DNA of 64,000 nucleotides from an uncultured Gemmatimonadaceae bacterium (GCA_963843845.1 CAWJMB010000002.1:96001-160000), one strand, 5' to 3'. Counted from the stretch's first letter, positions 48,233 through 59,352 are shown. The notes: generated from the sequence alone by a model not told the origin. Translations and numbers: made by a program.

Positions 48233-49126
48233 ATGTCGCACGCCGATCCGCAGCCACCCCCGGGCGCCGGCGTCCCGGCGCCGGAACCCGCCGAGGAGAT
48301 CGCCGACCTCGCCCCCGAGGAGGAACGCAAGGCCGTCGAGCAGGAGTCGCCCGGTGCCGGCGTCACGCACGAGGCGATCCGGCGCGAGGGAGAGAAGGAG
48401 CTCGAGCGCAGCGTCTCGGCGCTCGCCTGGTCGGGGCTCGCCGGCGGCCTCTCGATGGGGCTGTCGCTGCTGGCCGAGGGGGCGCTGCGCGCGCACCTCC
48501 CCGACGCGCCGTGGCGGCCGCTCGTCGCGAAGCTCGGCTACTCGGTCGGCTTCCTCGTCGTCATCCTCGGCAGCCAGCAGCTGTTCACGGAGAACACACT
48601 CACGCCGATCGTGCCCCTGCTCGCGCGCCGCACCGGGGCGATGCTGCGCAAGGTGCTCGTGCTGTGGAGCGTCGTGCTCGTCGCGAACGTCGTCGGCGCG
48701 CTGCTCTTCGCGTTCGCCGCGGCGCGCACGGCGGCGTTCTCCCCCGAGCTGCGCGCCGCCTTCCTCGCCATCGGGCGCGAGGCGATGGAGGGCGATCCGC
48801 TGACGCACTTCGCGCGCGCGGTGCCGGCGGGGTGGATCCTCGCGCTCATGGTCTGGGTGCTCCCCGGAGCGCAGGGGGGGCGCGTCGCGATCATCGTGCT
48901 GATGACGTGGCTCATCGGCGCCGCCGAGCTCGCGCACGTCGTCGCCGGCGCCGTCGAGGCGCAGTACCTCGTGTTCGCCGGCGAGCTGTCGTACGGCGCG
49001 TTCCTCACCGGCTTCTTCGTCCCCGTGCTGCTCGGCAACGTCCTCGGCGGGGTGCCGCTCGTGGCGGCGGTGAACCACGCGCAGGTGACATCGGGCGTGC
49101 ACGTCGGCCGGCGGCACCGCGGCTGA
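48233..49126 (+). CDS. Formate/nitrite transporter family (YfdC-like)
   Basis: IRREGEKELER, SGLAGGLSMG, GYSVGF, QQLFTENT, AGWILALMVW, GNVLGG. Confidence 0.9.
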   Translation: MSHADPQPPPGAGVPAPEPAEEIADLAPEEERKAVEQESPGAGVTHEAIRREGEKELERSVSALAWSGLAGGLSMGLSLLAEGALRAHLPDAPWRPLVAKLGYSVGFLVVILGSQQLFTENTLTPIVPLLARRTGAMLRKVLVLWSVVLVANVVGALLFAFAAARTAAFSPELRAAFLAIGREAMEGDPLTHFARAVPAGWILALMVWVLPGAQGGRVAIIVLMTWLIGAAELAHVVAGAVEAQYLVFAGELSYGAFLTGFFVPVLLGNVLGGVPLVAAVNHAQVTSGVHVGRRHRG

Positions 49127-49169
49127 CGGGCCGCGGCCGGCGCGCGCCGGGCGCGCTATCCTCCAGCGC

Positions 49170-49721
49170 ATGTCAGGCGACGACGGCACGATCACGTTCC
49201 GCCCGCTCACGCGCGACGACCTGCGGCTGTTCCACGCGTGGCTGCACCGCCCGCACGTCGCCGAGTGGTGGGGCCCGCAGGGCTCGCTCGAGGAGCTAGC
49301 CGAGGAGTACGCCGCGGAGCTCGACGGCTCGGCGACGACGCGCATCTACCTCGCGCTCGAGGACGGCGAGCCGGTCGGCTACATCCAGTCGTACGTCGCG
49401 ATCGGCTCGGGGGGCGGCTGGTGGGAGGGCGAGACCGACCCCGGCGTGCGCGGCGTCGACCAGTTCCTCGCGAACGCGCACCAGCTGAACCGCGGGCTCG
49501 GCACGCGCATGGTGCGCGCGTTCCTCGAGCGGCTGTTCGAGGACCCCGCGGTGACGCGCGTGCAGACCGACCCGTCGCCCGAGAACGCGCGCGCGATCCG
49601 CTGCTACGAGAAGGCCGGCTTCCGGTCGTCAGGCACCGTCGACACGCCGGACGGGCCGGCGCTGCTCATGACCGCGGACCGCGCGAGCGTCGCCGCCTCC
49701 CGCCCACCCGCCCCGCGATGA
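49170..49721 (+). CDS. Aminoglycoside 6'-N-acetyltransferase, AAC(6')-Ib-like
   Basis: HVAEWWG, GYIQSYVAIGSGGGWWEGETDPGVRGVDQFLAN, QTDPSPENARAIRCYEKAGF, TPDGPA. Confidence 0.88.
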   Translation: MSGDDGTITFRPLTRDDLRLFHAWLHRPHVAEWWGPQGSLEELAEEYAAELDGSATTRIYLALEDGEPVGYIQSYVAIGSGGGWWEGETDPGVRGVDQFLANAHQLNRGLGTRMVRAFLERLFEDPAVTRVQTDPSPENARAIRCYEKAGFRSSGTVDTPDGPALLMTADRASVAASRPPAPR

Positions 49722-50542
49722 CGCGTCCGCCGCTGACCGACGTCCACCTCGCCCGCCGGCTGGAGCGCGCCGAGGCGCTCGGCAACGCCGCGTTCGTCGA
49801 GGCGCGGGCGGCGCGCGAGCCGGCCGTCGGTGCCACGTGGCGCGACGTCGGCGGCGCGTACGCGATGTTCGACGGCCCCGACTCGCCGATCACGCAGACG
49901 TTCGGGCTCGGCCTCTTCTCGCCGCCGACCGACGCGCAGCTCGGCGAGCTCGAGGCGTTCTTCGCCGGGCGCGGCGCGCCGACGCACCACGAGACCTGCC
50001 CGCTCGCCGACCCGGCGCTGCTGGCGCTGCTCGGCGACCGCGGTTACCGGGCGGTCGAGCAGTCGGCGGTGCTGCACCGCGCGCCGCCGCTCGCCGGCGC
50101 GATCCGCTCCGCGAGCGCCGAGCTCACGGCGCGCGTCATCGAGCCCGGGGAGGAGAGGATGTGGGCCGCGACCGCCGCCGCCGGGTGGGGCGCCGAGTCG
50201 CCGGAGCTCGGCGCGTTCATGGAGGCGTTCGGGATGCTGACCGCGCACGCGCGCGGCGTGACGTGCTTCATCGCCGAGCACGGCGCGACGCCGGTCGCCG
50301 CGGCGGCGATGGCGATCCACGAGGGCGTCGCGCTGCTCGCCGGCGCGAGCACGCGTGCCGAGTGGCGGCGCCGTGGGGCGCAGGGTGCGCTGCTCGCGGC
50401 GCGGCTCGACCACGCCGCGGCGGCGGGGTGCGACCTCGCGATGATGGCCGCGCTGCCGGGGAGCACGTCGCAGCAGAACGCCGAGCGGCAGGGGTTCCGC
50501 ATCGCGTACACGCGGACGAAGTGGATGAAGAGAAGGGCCTGA
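49718..50542 (+). CDS. GNAT family acetyltransferase
   Basis: LARRLERAE, FDGPDSPITQTFGLG, LAGASTRAEWRRRGAQ, SQQNAERQGFRIAYTR. Confidence 0.85.
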   Translation: MTRPPLTDVHLARRLERAEALGNAAFVEARAAREPAVGATWRDVGGAYAMFDGPDSPITQTFGLGLFSPPTDAQLGELEAFFAGRGAPTHHETCPLADPALLALLGDRGYRAVEQSAVLHRAPPLAGAIRSASAELTARVIEPGEERMWAATAAAGWGAESPELGAFMEAFGMLTAHARGVTCFIAEHGATPVAAAAMAIHEGVALLAGASTRAEWRRRGAQGALLAARLDHAAAAGCDLAMMAALPGSTSQQNAERQGFRIAYTRTKWMKRRA

Positions 50543-50554
50543 GACGCGCTCCGC

Positions 50555-52048
50555 CTAACGCGCGCTCCGCTTCGCGGTGTCCGGCGGGGCGGCCGCGGCG
50601 ACGGTGGGCGGCGGGTCGTAGCCCTTCTCCGGAATGCGGAACAGGCGGTCGACCTCGGCGTCGCCTTCGCGGCCCAACACGCGTTGCGCGATGTACCCGC
50701 CGATCACGGGCCCGAACTTGAACCCTTCGGCGTTCCCGCCGCCGGCGAGCCAGACGTTCGACAGGCGCGGGTGGCGGTCGACGATGAAGTTGCGGCTCGA
50801 CGTCAGCTCGTAGTGGCAGGCGTGCGTCTGGAGCACCGGCGCGTCCTTCAGCGTCGGGAAGCGCTGCGCGAGGAAGCGGCGCGTGCCGTCGATGCGAGTG
50901 GCTTCGGGCCAGCGGTCGCTCGTGTCGGGGTCGAGCTGCGCGGGGGGCGTGACGGGGGCGGGCGGGCGCGTGGCGGCCGCATTCGTCGGCGCGGCGGTCG
51001 GCGAGCCGCTGACTGGCCCGCGCGCGTTCGGCGGCGTCGGCGCGCGCACGCCGCCGCGCACGCGGAAGCCGCGGTTGTCGACCGGGAGCGCCGCCCACCC
51101 CGTGACGCCGGGGAAGTTGAAGCTCGGGATGTTCGGGTGCGTGAACCGTTCGTCGTTCACCGGCGTGCCGAAGTAGTACACGTACCCCATCGGCGCGCGC
51201 GTGCGGTTCTCGAACACGTCGGGGAACGTCTTCCCCATCCACGGCCCGACCGCGTAGACGAACGTGTCGGCGCGTAACGTCTCGCCCGTGTCGAGCGTGA
51301 TCTCGTTCAGCGTCCCGCTCGACACGGTCGGCATCTGCGCGCGCCCCGTGACGACCCGCCCGCCGAGCCGCTCGAACACCGCCGTCACCGCCTGGCACGA
51401 CCGCCGCGCCCGCACGACGCCCGCGTCCGGCTCGCCGAGGACGATGCCGATCCCGTCGATGTCGATCACCGGCCAGCGGTGGCGCACCTCTTCGGGCTTC
51501 AGGATCTCGTAGCGCACGCCGTGCTTCTGCCACAGGTCGCGCGTCCGCGTCGTGAACGGCTCCCACTCCGCACGGAAGATCAGGTCGCCGGTCGTGTGGA
51601 AGAGGTCGACGCCGAGCTCGTTCCCCCACTCCGCGTCGAACGTCTTCCAGCGGCGGATCGACTCGCGCGCCCAGAGCATCCACAGCTCGGCGGCGACGTC
51701 GCGGTCGCCGTACGACGAGCGCACGCCGCGTGACTCGTCGCCCGACGTCGAGCGCGAGTTGCCGGGGCCGAACGCGTCGACGAGCGTGACGCGCGCGCCC
51801 TGCTGCACGAGGTTGAGCGCCGTCCACCCGCCCCACGACCCGGCGCCGACCACGACCACGTCCGGCGACGCGCCGACGAGCGGCAGCTTCCGGCGCGGCG
51901 CGGCGAGCCCCGGCGGCGCGCCCGGCCTTCCGGCGGACGCGCACGCGCCGAGGGTGCCTAACGCGCCGAGGGCGAGCGCGCCGGCGCCGGCGGCCTTGAG
52001 GAAGTCTCGGCGCTGAACGTCGCCTGACGCGTCGGGAGGGGTCGTCAT
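50555..52048 (-). CDS. Tat-exported FAD-dependent oxidoreductase (sarcosine oxidase/DAO-like)
   Basis: QRRDFLK twin-arginine signal plus LGAC; VVGAGSWG; STSGDESRGVR; GGNAEGFKFGPVIG. Confidence 0.88.
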   Translation of the reverse strand: MTTPPDASGDVQRRDFLKAAGAGALALGALGTLGACASAGRPGAPPGLAAPRRKLPLVGASPDVVVVGAGSWGGWTALNLVQQGARVTLVDAFGPGNSRSTSGDESRGVRSSYGDRDVAAELWMLWARESIRRWKTFDAEWGNELGVDLFHTTGDLIFRAEWEPFTTRTRDLWQKHGVRYEILKPEEVRHRWPVIDIDGIGIVLGEPDAGVVRARRSCQAVTAVFERLGGRVVTGRAQMPTVSSGTLNEITLDTGETLRADTFVYAVGPWMGKTFPDVFENRTRAPMGYVYYFGTPVNDERFTHPNIPSFNFPGVTGWAALPVDNRGFRVRGGVRAPTPPNARGPVSGSPTAAPTNAAATRPPAPVTPPAQLDPDTSDRWPEATRIDGTRRFLAQRFPTLKDAPVLQTHACHYELTSSRNFIVDRHPRLSNVWLAGGGNAEGFKFGPVIGGYIAQRVLGREGDAEVDRLFRIPEKGYDPPPTVAAAAPPDTAKRSAR

Positions 52049-52132
52049 CGAGCCGCTGCAAGGTGGGAGAGTGACGAGCGAAGATGCGTGCCGTATGATA
52101 GAGCCGCTACCATCGCCGACGAACCGATCGCC

Positions 52133-52630
52133 ATGCCCCGCACGTCACTCCTGCCGCCGACCCGACTCGCCGCCGCCGCGCTCCTGCTGTTCGCCGCCGC
52201 GTGCGGCCCCGACCCCGCCGACGAGCGCGCCCCGACGCTCCACGATACGACCGGCGCGAGCGGCGCGATCGACACCTCGAACACCACGGCCGTCGCCGCG
52301 CTCGAGCCGTTCGAGGCGCCGGCCTTCACCGCGTCGCAGGCGGCAGACGGCGAGACGGTGTACGCGGCGAGCTGCGCGCGCTGCCACGCGCTCACGGCGC
52401 TCACCGGCGACGCGTTCTCCGTGAAGTTCGCCGGGCGGCGCGTCTCGGATCTGTACGAGGTGCTCTCGAACTCGATGCCGCAGGACGCGCCGGGATCGCT
52501 CAGCGAGCAGCAGTACGAGCAGGTCGTCGCGTACTTGCTGTCGAAGAACGGATTCGCGGCCGGACAGGTCGCCCTGCGCGCCGACAGCGCACAGCTCCGC
52601 CGCCGCCGCATGATGCCCCCCACTCTCTAA
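52133..52630 (+). CDS. Lipoprotein cytochrome c
   Basis: FAAAC lipobox; QAADGETVYAASCARCH; distal MPQDAPGSL. Confidence 0.88.
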   Translation: MPRTSLLPPTRLAAAALLLFAAACGPDPADERAPTLHDTTGASGAIDTSNTTAVAALEPFEAPAFTASQAADGETVYAASCARCHALTALTGDAFSVKFAGRRVSDLYEVLSNSMPQDAPGSLSEQQYEQVVAYLLSKNGFAAGQVALRADSAQLRRRRMMPPTL

Positions 52631-52635
52631 CCCCC

Positions 52636-52666
52636 CCGTCGTCCCTCGCTCCGCTCGGGACGACGG
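52636..52666. repeat. REP-like hairpin (CCTCGCTCCGCTCGG family)
   Basis: CCGTCGTCCC-TCGCTCCGCTC-GGGACGACGG. Confidence 0.78.
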
Positions 52667-52681
52667 ATCGAGATCTCGACC

Positions 52682-53773
52682 ATGCCGAACCTTTCGCGCG
52701 CCCTCGCCGCCGCCGTCGTCGGCGCGACCCTCGCCTCCGGCGCGAGCGCGCAGCCCGTGCCCGCGGTGTCGTCCGTGCCGACGAACGACCTCCCGAACCC
52801 GTACCGCACCGTCGAGGGGTGGGCGAAGCTGCCCGCCGGCCGCACGTGGGGCTCGACGAGCGCCGTCGACGTCGACCGCGACGGCCGCAGCATCTGGGTC
52901 GCCGAGCGGTGCGGCGCGAACAGTTGCGCCGGGTCGACGCTGCCGTCGGTGCTGAAGTTCGACGCGGCCGGGAATCTCGTGACGTCGTTCGGCGCCGGGC
53001 TGATCCTCTCCCCGCACGGGCTCACCGTCGACCGCGACGGCAACGTCTGGGTCGTCGACTGCGCGTGCACCGGCGGGCGCCCGGCCGCGACCGACTCGAG
53101 CGCGCCGCCCGCGCCGCCGAAGGGGCATCAGATCTTCAAGTTCGCGCCCGACGGCCGCCTGCTGCTGACGTTCGGCACCCCCGGCGGCGCGCGCGGCGAC
53201 CGCTACTTCTGGCAGCCGAACGACGTCCTCGTCGCCCCGAACGGCGACGTCTTCGTGAGCGAGGGGCACTCGTCGCAGCCGGGCGCGACGGCGCGCGTGC
53301 TCAAGTTCGACCGCACCGGCACGCTCGTGAAGACGTGGGGCTCGTGGGGGCACGGACCGAACGAGATGGACCAGCCGCACACGCTCGCCATGGACTCGCG
53401 CGGCCGGCTGTTCGTCGGCGATCGCGGCAACGACCGCATCATGATCTTCGATCAGAACGGCACGCTGCTCGACACGTGGTATCAGTTCAGCCGGCCGAGC
53501 GGCATCCACATCTCGGCGGACGACCAGATCTACGTCGCGGACTCGGAGTCGGGGTCGGTCAACAAGGCCCACGTCGCGTGGAAGCGCGGCATCCGCATCG
53601 GCAGCGCACGCACGGGCGCCGTCACGGCGTTCATCCCCGACCCCGCGACGAACCCGCCGAGCACGAGCTCGGCGGAGGGGGTGGCGGTGGACGCGGCCGG
53701 GAACATCTACGGCGCCGAAGTGGGGCAGCGGGCGCTCAAGCGGTACGAGCGGAGCGTGCCGGTGCGGAAGTGA
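52682..53773 (+). CDS. Secreted NHL-repeat beta-propeller (peptidyl-alpha-hydroxyglycine amidating lyase-like)
   Basis: Signal peptide; PHGLTVDRDGNVWVVD, QPNDVLVAPNGDVFVSEGH, QPHTLAMDSRGRLFVGDRGNDRI. Confidence 0.88.
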   Translation: MPNLSRALAAAVVGATLASGASAQPVPAVSSVPTNDLPNPYRTVEGWAKLPAGRTWGSTSAVDVDRDGRSIWVAERCGANSCAGSTLPSVLKFDAAGNLVTSFGAGLILSPHGLTVDRDGNVWVVDCACTGGRPAATDSSAPPAPPKGHQIFKFAPDGRLLLTFGTPGGARGDRYFWQPNDVLVAPNGDVFVSEGHSSQPGATARVLKFDRTGTLVKTWGSWGHGPNEMDQPHTLAMDSRGRLFVGDRGNDRIMIFDQNGTLLDTWYQFSRPSGIHISADDQIYVADSESGSVNKAHVAWKRGIRIGSARTGAVTAFIPDPATNPPSTSSAEGVAVDAAGNIYGAEVGQRALKRYERSVPVRK

Positions 53774-53790
53774 GCCGCGCCCCGGCACAC

Positions 53791-53821
53791 GGCGTCGTCT
53801 CGATTCGATCGAGACGACGCC
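53791..53821. terminator. Hairpin between convergent genes
   Basis: GGCGTCGTCTCGAT-TCG-ATCGAGACGACGCC, 14-bp perfect stem. Confidence 0.7.
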
Positions 53822-53822
53822 G

Positions 53823-56021
53823 CTACCGCCCCGGCAGCGCCAGCGCCACGAGCGACGCCGTCTCCCCCGCTCCCGTCGCGAACACGATGTACTGCTTGCC
53901 CGGTGCAGGAACGTCATCGGCACCGCCGTCGTCCGCGACGGGATCTTCACCGCGCCGACCTGCTTGCCCGTCGCCTTGTCGATCGCGTAGAGCTGCGGCG
54001 GGCCGCTCGGCGGCCCGCCGATGCGGCCGGTGCCGTAGATGACGAGCGACTTCGTCGTGATCATCTGCGGCTGACCGCGCCCGCCGGTCGACTGTGGCAA
54101 CGTCACGCCGGCGAACAGCGGATCTCGGCTCGTCACCGGCGTGAGCTTGCCGCCGTTCGGCATCCACCACGCCTTGTCGCCGGTGTTCATGTCGTACGCC
54201 GTGATGCCGCCGAGCTGCTTCGGCTTGAGGATCGAGACGCCGCCGATCATCGAGCCGGCGCCGCGCGCCTCGAAGCCGCCGCCGCGACCGCTCGGCGGCG
54301 GTCACGTAGCCGGCGGCGGCGGCGTCAGCGCGCCGACCAGGCCGCAGCTGTCGTGCGGTGAGCTGTAGCGGAACTCGGAGCACGGATCCTTCTGCAACTG
54401 GATCGTGCTCAGTCCGCTCTGCGAGCCGACGTACAGCATCCCCGTCTCCGGGTCGACCGCGGCGCCGCCGTCGATGTTCACGCCGCCGGACGCGCCGGGC
54501 GCATACCACGAGCACTTGACGCCGCCCGATCCCGAGCCGTCGGACGAGCGACGGCGGGGATGTAGTACGGGCCCATGCGGCACTTGCTGCGCGAGCTTGA
54601 GCGCCGAGTCGCGGATGGCCGGCGTGTAGTCGATGAGGTCCGACTCGACGAGCCCCTGCTGCGAGTACGGCGCCGGCTTCGACGGGATCGGCTGCGTCGG
54701 CGACGTCTGTTCGCCGGGCACGTCGCTCTGCAGCACCGGCGTCTCGACGATGGGCCAGATCGGCTCGCCGGTCGCGCGGTCGAACGTGTAGACCCAGCCC
54801 TGCTTCGTCGTCTGCGCGATCGCGCTTGCGCGGCGCTGGCCATTCACCGTGACGTCCAGCAGGTTCGGCGCCATCGGCGTGTCGTAGTCCCAGATGTCGT
54901 GGTGCACCATCTGGAAGTGCCACTTGCGCTGTCCCGTCTTCGCGTCGATCGCGACGAGGCTGTTGCCGAACAGATTGTCGCCCGGGCGGTGGCCGCCGTA
55001 CTCGTCGAGCAGCGGCATGCCGACCGGGATGTAGACGAGGCCGAGCTCGGGGTCGGCGGAGTAGGTGGCCCACGCGTCGTTCTTGCCGACGCCGTCTGGA
55101 TGCCGTCGCCGATCTTCGAGCCGTTCTTCCACGTCTCCGCGCCGAACTCGCCGGGCTGCGGCACGAGGTTGAACTTCCACAGCTGCTTGCCGGTGCGCAC
55201 GTCGAAGCCGCGCACGAAGCCCGGCAGGTTGTGCGCTGCGGATCGGGTAGTAGCCGTGGATCGACGAGTTGCCGACGACGATGACGTCGCCGACGAGGAT
55301 CGCCGGCGAGCTGTTCGCGATCTGGCCGTAGCGCCGGGTCGATGCCGACGGTGCCGTCGGCGCCGGTCTTCGTGCGCGCGTTCCACGTCTCGCCGGGCCG
55401 CGCCTTGCGCATCGGCGCGGCGTCGCTGATCACGAGCTGCACCCGTGTCGTCGACCGCGAGCGGCACGAGCGGGAAGCCGAGTCCGTCCATGAGGTCGAC
55501 GACGCCGTTCTTGCCGAACTTCGGGTCGGGCGCGCCGGTCTTCGCGTTCGAGCGAGGCCATGTGGTAGCCGGGCGTCACGACGATGACGCGCTCGGTCGC
55601 GACCGTCGGTCCAGTAGGCGAGCCCGCGGCCGGCGAACTGACGCGGCGCCTTCTGCCAGCGGATGCCCTCGTCCATCCCCCACTTCCAGAGCGGCTTGCC
55701 CGTGGCCGGGTCGATCGCGAACGCCATGCGCGTGTTCGTGGCGACGGTGAACAGGCGGCCGTTCGCGTAGAGCGGCGTCGTGCGGTAGTACTCGTCGTCG
55801 CCGAACTCGCCGGCGTTCCACTGCCACGCGACCTTGCCAGCGAGTTGAAGTTGCGACGCGTCGATCTGGTCGAGCGGCGAGTAGCGCGTGCTCCACGCGT
55901 CGGCGCCCCAGTAGCGCCACTCGCCCGGCGGGTTGCCGCGCGGCGCCTGTGCGGACACGGCGTGGGAGAGCGCGAGCATGATGCCGAACGTCAGCACGCG
56001 GGGAGCGGTCAGTCGGCCCAT
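53823..56021 (-). CDS. PQQ-dependent dehydrogenase (quinoprotein glucose dehydrogenase-like), multiple frameshifts
   Basis: [75 protein letters not shown] across frames. Confidence 0.88.
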   Translation of the reverse strand: MGRLTAPRVLTFGIMLALSHAVSAQAPRGNPPGEWRYWGADAWSTRYSPLDQIDASQLQLAGKVAWQWNAGEFGDDEYYRTTPLYANGRLFTVATNTRMAFAIDPATGKPLWKWGMDEGIRWQKAPRQFAGRGLAYWTDGRDRARHRRDARLPHGLARTRRPARPTRSSARTASSTSWTDSASRSCRSRSTTRVQLVISDAAPMRKARPGETWNARTKTGADGTVGIDPALRPDREQLAGDPRRRRHRRRQLVDPRLLPDPQRTTCRASCAASTCAPASSCGSSTSCRSPASSARRRGRTARRSATASRRRRQERRVGHLLRRPRARPRLHPGRHAAARRVRRPPPGRQSVRQQPRRDRREDGTAQVALPDGAPRHLGLRHADGAEPAGRHGEWPAPRKRDRADDEAGLGLHVRPRDRRADLAHRRDAGAAERRARRTDVADAADPVEAGAVLAAGARRVGPHRLHAGHPRLGAQARAASAAWARTTSPPSLVRRLGIGRRQVLVVCARRVRRREHRRRRRGRPGDGDAVRRLAERTEHDPVAEGSVLRVPLQLTARQLRPGRRADAAAAGYVTAAERSRRRLRGARRRLDDRRRLDPQAEAARRHHGVRHEHRRQGVVDAERRQAHAGDEPRSAVRRRDVATVDRRARSAADDHDEVARHLRHRPHRRAAERPAAALRDRQGDGQAGRRGEDPVADDGGADDVPAPGKQYIVFATGAGETASLVALALPGR

Positions 56022-56055
56022 CGGTCGATTCCTCGTCGGGCGGGGGTAGGATGAA

Positions 56056-56577
56056 CTACAGCGGGCGTTTCGCGGCGGGCGTCGGGGCGACTCTCGGCGC
56101 GGGCGTCGCAGCAGCTTTCGCGGCCGGTCTCGGCGGCTTCACGTCGATCCGGATCGTGCCTAACGCGTCCTGGTCCGGCGGCAGCTCGGCGCGCCCGACG
56201 GGCATGGCGTTCATGCGCAGCAGGTAGGCGATCACGTCGGCCGTCTGCTCGGGGGAGAGCCCGCCGGGGTCGTTCTTCGGCATCTTCGTCGCGACGTACT
56301 CGTAGAGCTCCGACAGCGGGTGCCCCTGCCACAGGTTCTCGAACGTGACGCCCGAGTGGGTCGCCGGCGCGTGGCACGACTTGCAGAGGGTGAGGTAGAC
56401 CTCCTTGCCACGCGTCGCCTGCGCCGCCGAGTAGACGCCGCTCCGCGTCGTGCGCGCCGGGGCGTCCTTCGTCACCGACTGCGCGCCGGCCGGGGCCCCG
56501 AGCACGAGCAGGCCGACCAGCGACGTGCCGAACGTGACGACGTACGACCCGACTGCGCCGAACGATCCGCGCCTCAC
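56056..56577 (-). CDS. Cytochrome c
   Basis: GVYSAAQATRGKEVYLTLCKSCH; MPKNDPGGL; DVIAYLL. Confidence 0.88.
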   Translation of the reverse strand: MRRGSFGAVGSYVVTFGTSLVGLLVLGAPAGAQSVTKDAPARTTRSGVYSAAQATRGKEVYLTLCKSCHAPATHSGVTFENLWQGHPLSELYEYVATKMPKNDPGGLSPEQTADVIAYLLRMNAMPVGRAELPPDQDALGTIRIDVKPPRPAAKAAATPAPRVAPTPAAKRPL

Positions 56578-58036
56578 GCGCTCGCCTCCTGCCCGCGTCC
56601 GCGCGCCAGCCGGTCCGCGAGCGCCGAGAGCCCCCACAGCGTGAGCACGACCACGGCGAGCAGCGCCGCTCCGCGCGCGACCGTGGCCGGCAGCGTGCCG
56701 TCGAACGCCGGCCAGGTGAGCCGGTACCCGCGCAACACGTCGAACCGCTCGGTGATCCAGTGCCACGCCGTGTGCGCCACGAGCGCCGAGCCGAGGATGA
56801 TTCCCACACGTTCGGCGACGACGCGCTCGAAGAGGAGTGCGAGCGCCGGCACCGCGACCGCGAGCACGGCGAGCTGCCCCAGCTCGACCCCGACGTTGAA
56901 CGCGACGAGCGACGTGGCGAGATGCGATCCGGCGAACTGCATCGACTCGCGCAGCGCGAACGAGAACCCGAAGCCGTGCACGAGCCCGAACGCGAAGGCG
57001 ACGATCCACCGCCGATCGAGCCGCGCGCCGGCGATGTTCTCGAACGCCATGTAGACGATCGACGCCGCGACCAGGGTCTCGATGAGCGGCGGGAACCAGA
57101 GCGCCGTCGGCGCGAACCCCGCCGCGCTCGCCGCCAGCGTGATCGAGTGCGCGACGGTGAACGCGGTGACGACGCCGACGAGCGGGCGCAGCCGCGCGGA
57201 ACGGGATCACCAGGCAGAGCAGGAACAGCAGGTGGTCGATCCCGTCGAGGATGTGCGTCGAAGCCGAGCGCGACGAAGCGCGCCGCCGCCTGGTGCCAGC
57301 GCGGGTCGAGGCGCACGAGTCCCGGATCGCCGGCGTACTGAAGCGCTCGCTCGGTGCCGTCGGCGGGAGGAAGCGCAGCACCGTCGTCGTCTGGAGCCCG
57401 AGCCGCGCGAGCGTCGGCCGGATCGAGAATGCGCGCGTGCTCGCGCTCGATCGGATAGTCGAGCGCGACGTCGAGCATGCGCCTGCTGCCACGGCAGCGC
57501 GACGTCGTCGGCGAGGGGCGCGCTCCCGCTCCGGTGCCGGCCGTGTGCGCGAGCGCGCTCTCGTAGCGCGCGAACGACCGGTCGGTCGGCAGCGACACGC
57601 GCGCGGCGACGACGCGGGGCGTCGGGAGTCGCGCATCGTCGGCGGTGACGTCGAGTCCGCCGGCGATCCAGAGCAGCGCGGCGTCGTGCAGCTGCGCCTG
57701 CAACTGCGGCGCGGCCGCGGCGCTCAGATCGAGGTACGTGCCGGCGCGCAGCGGGAGGTCGCAGATCGCGCATCGCCTCGAGCGGGACGCGCACGACGAC
57801 GTGCAGCGTGCGGCCGTCGGGCTTCACGAAGAGCGTGCACGCGCCACGCGCGCCGGCATCTCGTGCGCGAGCGCGACGGTGCGGGCGGCGAGCGAGGAGC
57901 GCGACGGCGAGCGTGGCGGCGAGCGTGGCGCAGCGGGCGCGACGAACACCGCCAGCGTCGGCAGCACGCGTCGCGTATGTCGGGAGCGGCGGTCTGGACG
58001 ACGTTGCGCGCGGCGGGATAACATCTTCGACTTCAT
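56574..58036 (-). CDS. HupE/UreJ-family membrane protein with periplasmic N-terminal domain, multiple frameshifts
   Basis: AHEMP N-terminus, HILDGIDHLLFLLCL, FTVAHSIT, FAFGLVHGFGF, FNVGVELGQ; start uncertain. Confidence 0.82.
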
Positions 58037-58145
58037 CTCCTCGCGAACTTACCACGCGCACATCGCGCAGCAAGCGACGCGACGCGTCGGGCGCAGCACG
58101 CGTTCGCGATTCTCAGCTCGACAGCCCGACCACCCAGGAGCGGCA

Positions 58146-59334
58146 ATGCGGCGGCGTGACCGGATCTTCGGCGGGACAGCAGTGGCCCTCATCGGCGTGG
58201 CGGTCGTCGCCGGCGTGCTCGCGACGCGCGCCGGCTCGCAGGCGCAGACGGTGCAGGCGCCGCGCTTCGAGGTCGATCCGCTGTGGCCGAAGCCGCTGCC
58301 CGAACCACTGGGTGCTCGGCTCGGCGATCGGCGTCGGGGTCGACTCGCGCGACCACGTCTTCATCATCCACCGCGGCGACTCGACGCTGAACCAGCGCAC
58401 CGAGGTCGGCGCCGACGCCACCCCGCCGATCGGCGAGTGCTGCCGCGTCCGCGCCGCCGGTCCTCGAGTTCGACCCGGCGGGCAATCTGGTGAAGGCGTG
58501 GGGCGGGCCGGGCGAGGGCTACGAGTGGCCGGAGTCGAACCACGGCATCACGCTCGACGACAAGGACAACGTGTGGATCGGCGGCAACGGCGCGCGGCGA
58601 CTCGCACATCCTCAAGTTCACGCAGGACGGCAAGTTCCTCATGCAGATCGGCACGTCCCGGCCAGAACGCCGACAGCAACGAGCATGGACGCACTTCGGC
58701 CGCGTCGCGAAGATCTCGTTCGACGCGAAGGCGAACGAGGCGTACGTCGCCGACGGCTACGGCAACAAGCGCGTCGCCGTGATCGACATGACGACGCGGC
58801 AAGATCAAGCGCTACTGGGGCGCCTACGGCAACAAGCCGAGCGACTCGAACCTCGGCCGCTACAATCCCGACGCGCCGCTCGTCGCAGCAGTTCCGCAAC
58901 CCGGTGCACTGCGCCGAGCCGACCGAACGACGGCCTGGTCTACGTCTGCGACCGCCCGAACGACCGCATCCAGGTCTTCCGCAAGGACGGCACGTTCGTG
59001 AAGGAAGCGCGCATCGCGCCGCAGACGCTCGGCGACGGCTCGGTGTGGGACATCGCGTTCTCGCGCGACCCGGCGCAGAAGTACCTCTTCCTCGCCGACG
59101 GCAAGAACGAGAAGGTCTACGTCATGGACCGCCAGTCGCTCGAGATCCTGACGAACTTCGGCGACGGCGGCCGCCAGCCCGGCCAGTTCTTCGCGCGTGC
59201 ACAGCATCGCGACCGACTCGAAGGGCAACATCTACACGACCGAGACCTACGAGGGCAAGCGCCTGCAGAAGTTCGTCTACCGCGGCGTGCAGAAGCTGCC
59301 GCGCAGTCAGGGCGTGCCGTGGCCGCGCCGCTGA
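58146..59334 (+). CDS. Secreted NHL-repeat protein, multiple frameshifts
   Basis: PRFEVDPLWPKPLP, VGVDSRDHVFIIHR, WGGPGEGYEWPESNHGI, YVADGYGNKRV, YVCDRPNDRIQVF. Confidence 0.85.
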
Positions 59335-59352
59335 GCGACAGATGAAGGCGGC

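Noticed and set aside
45423..50542. Mobile resistance island
   Set aside because: No transposase, integrase, flanking repeats or compositional shift; genes look native
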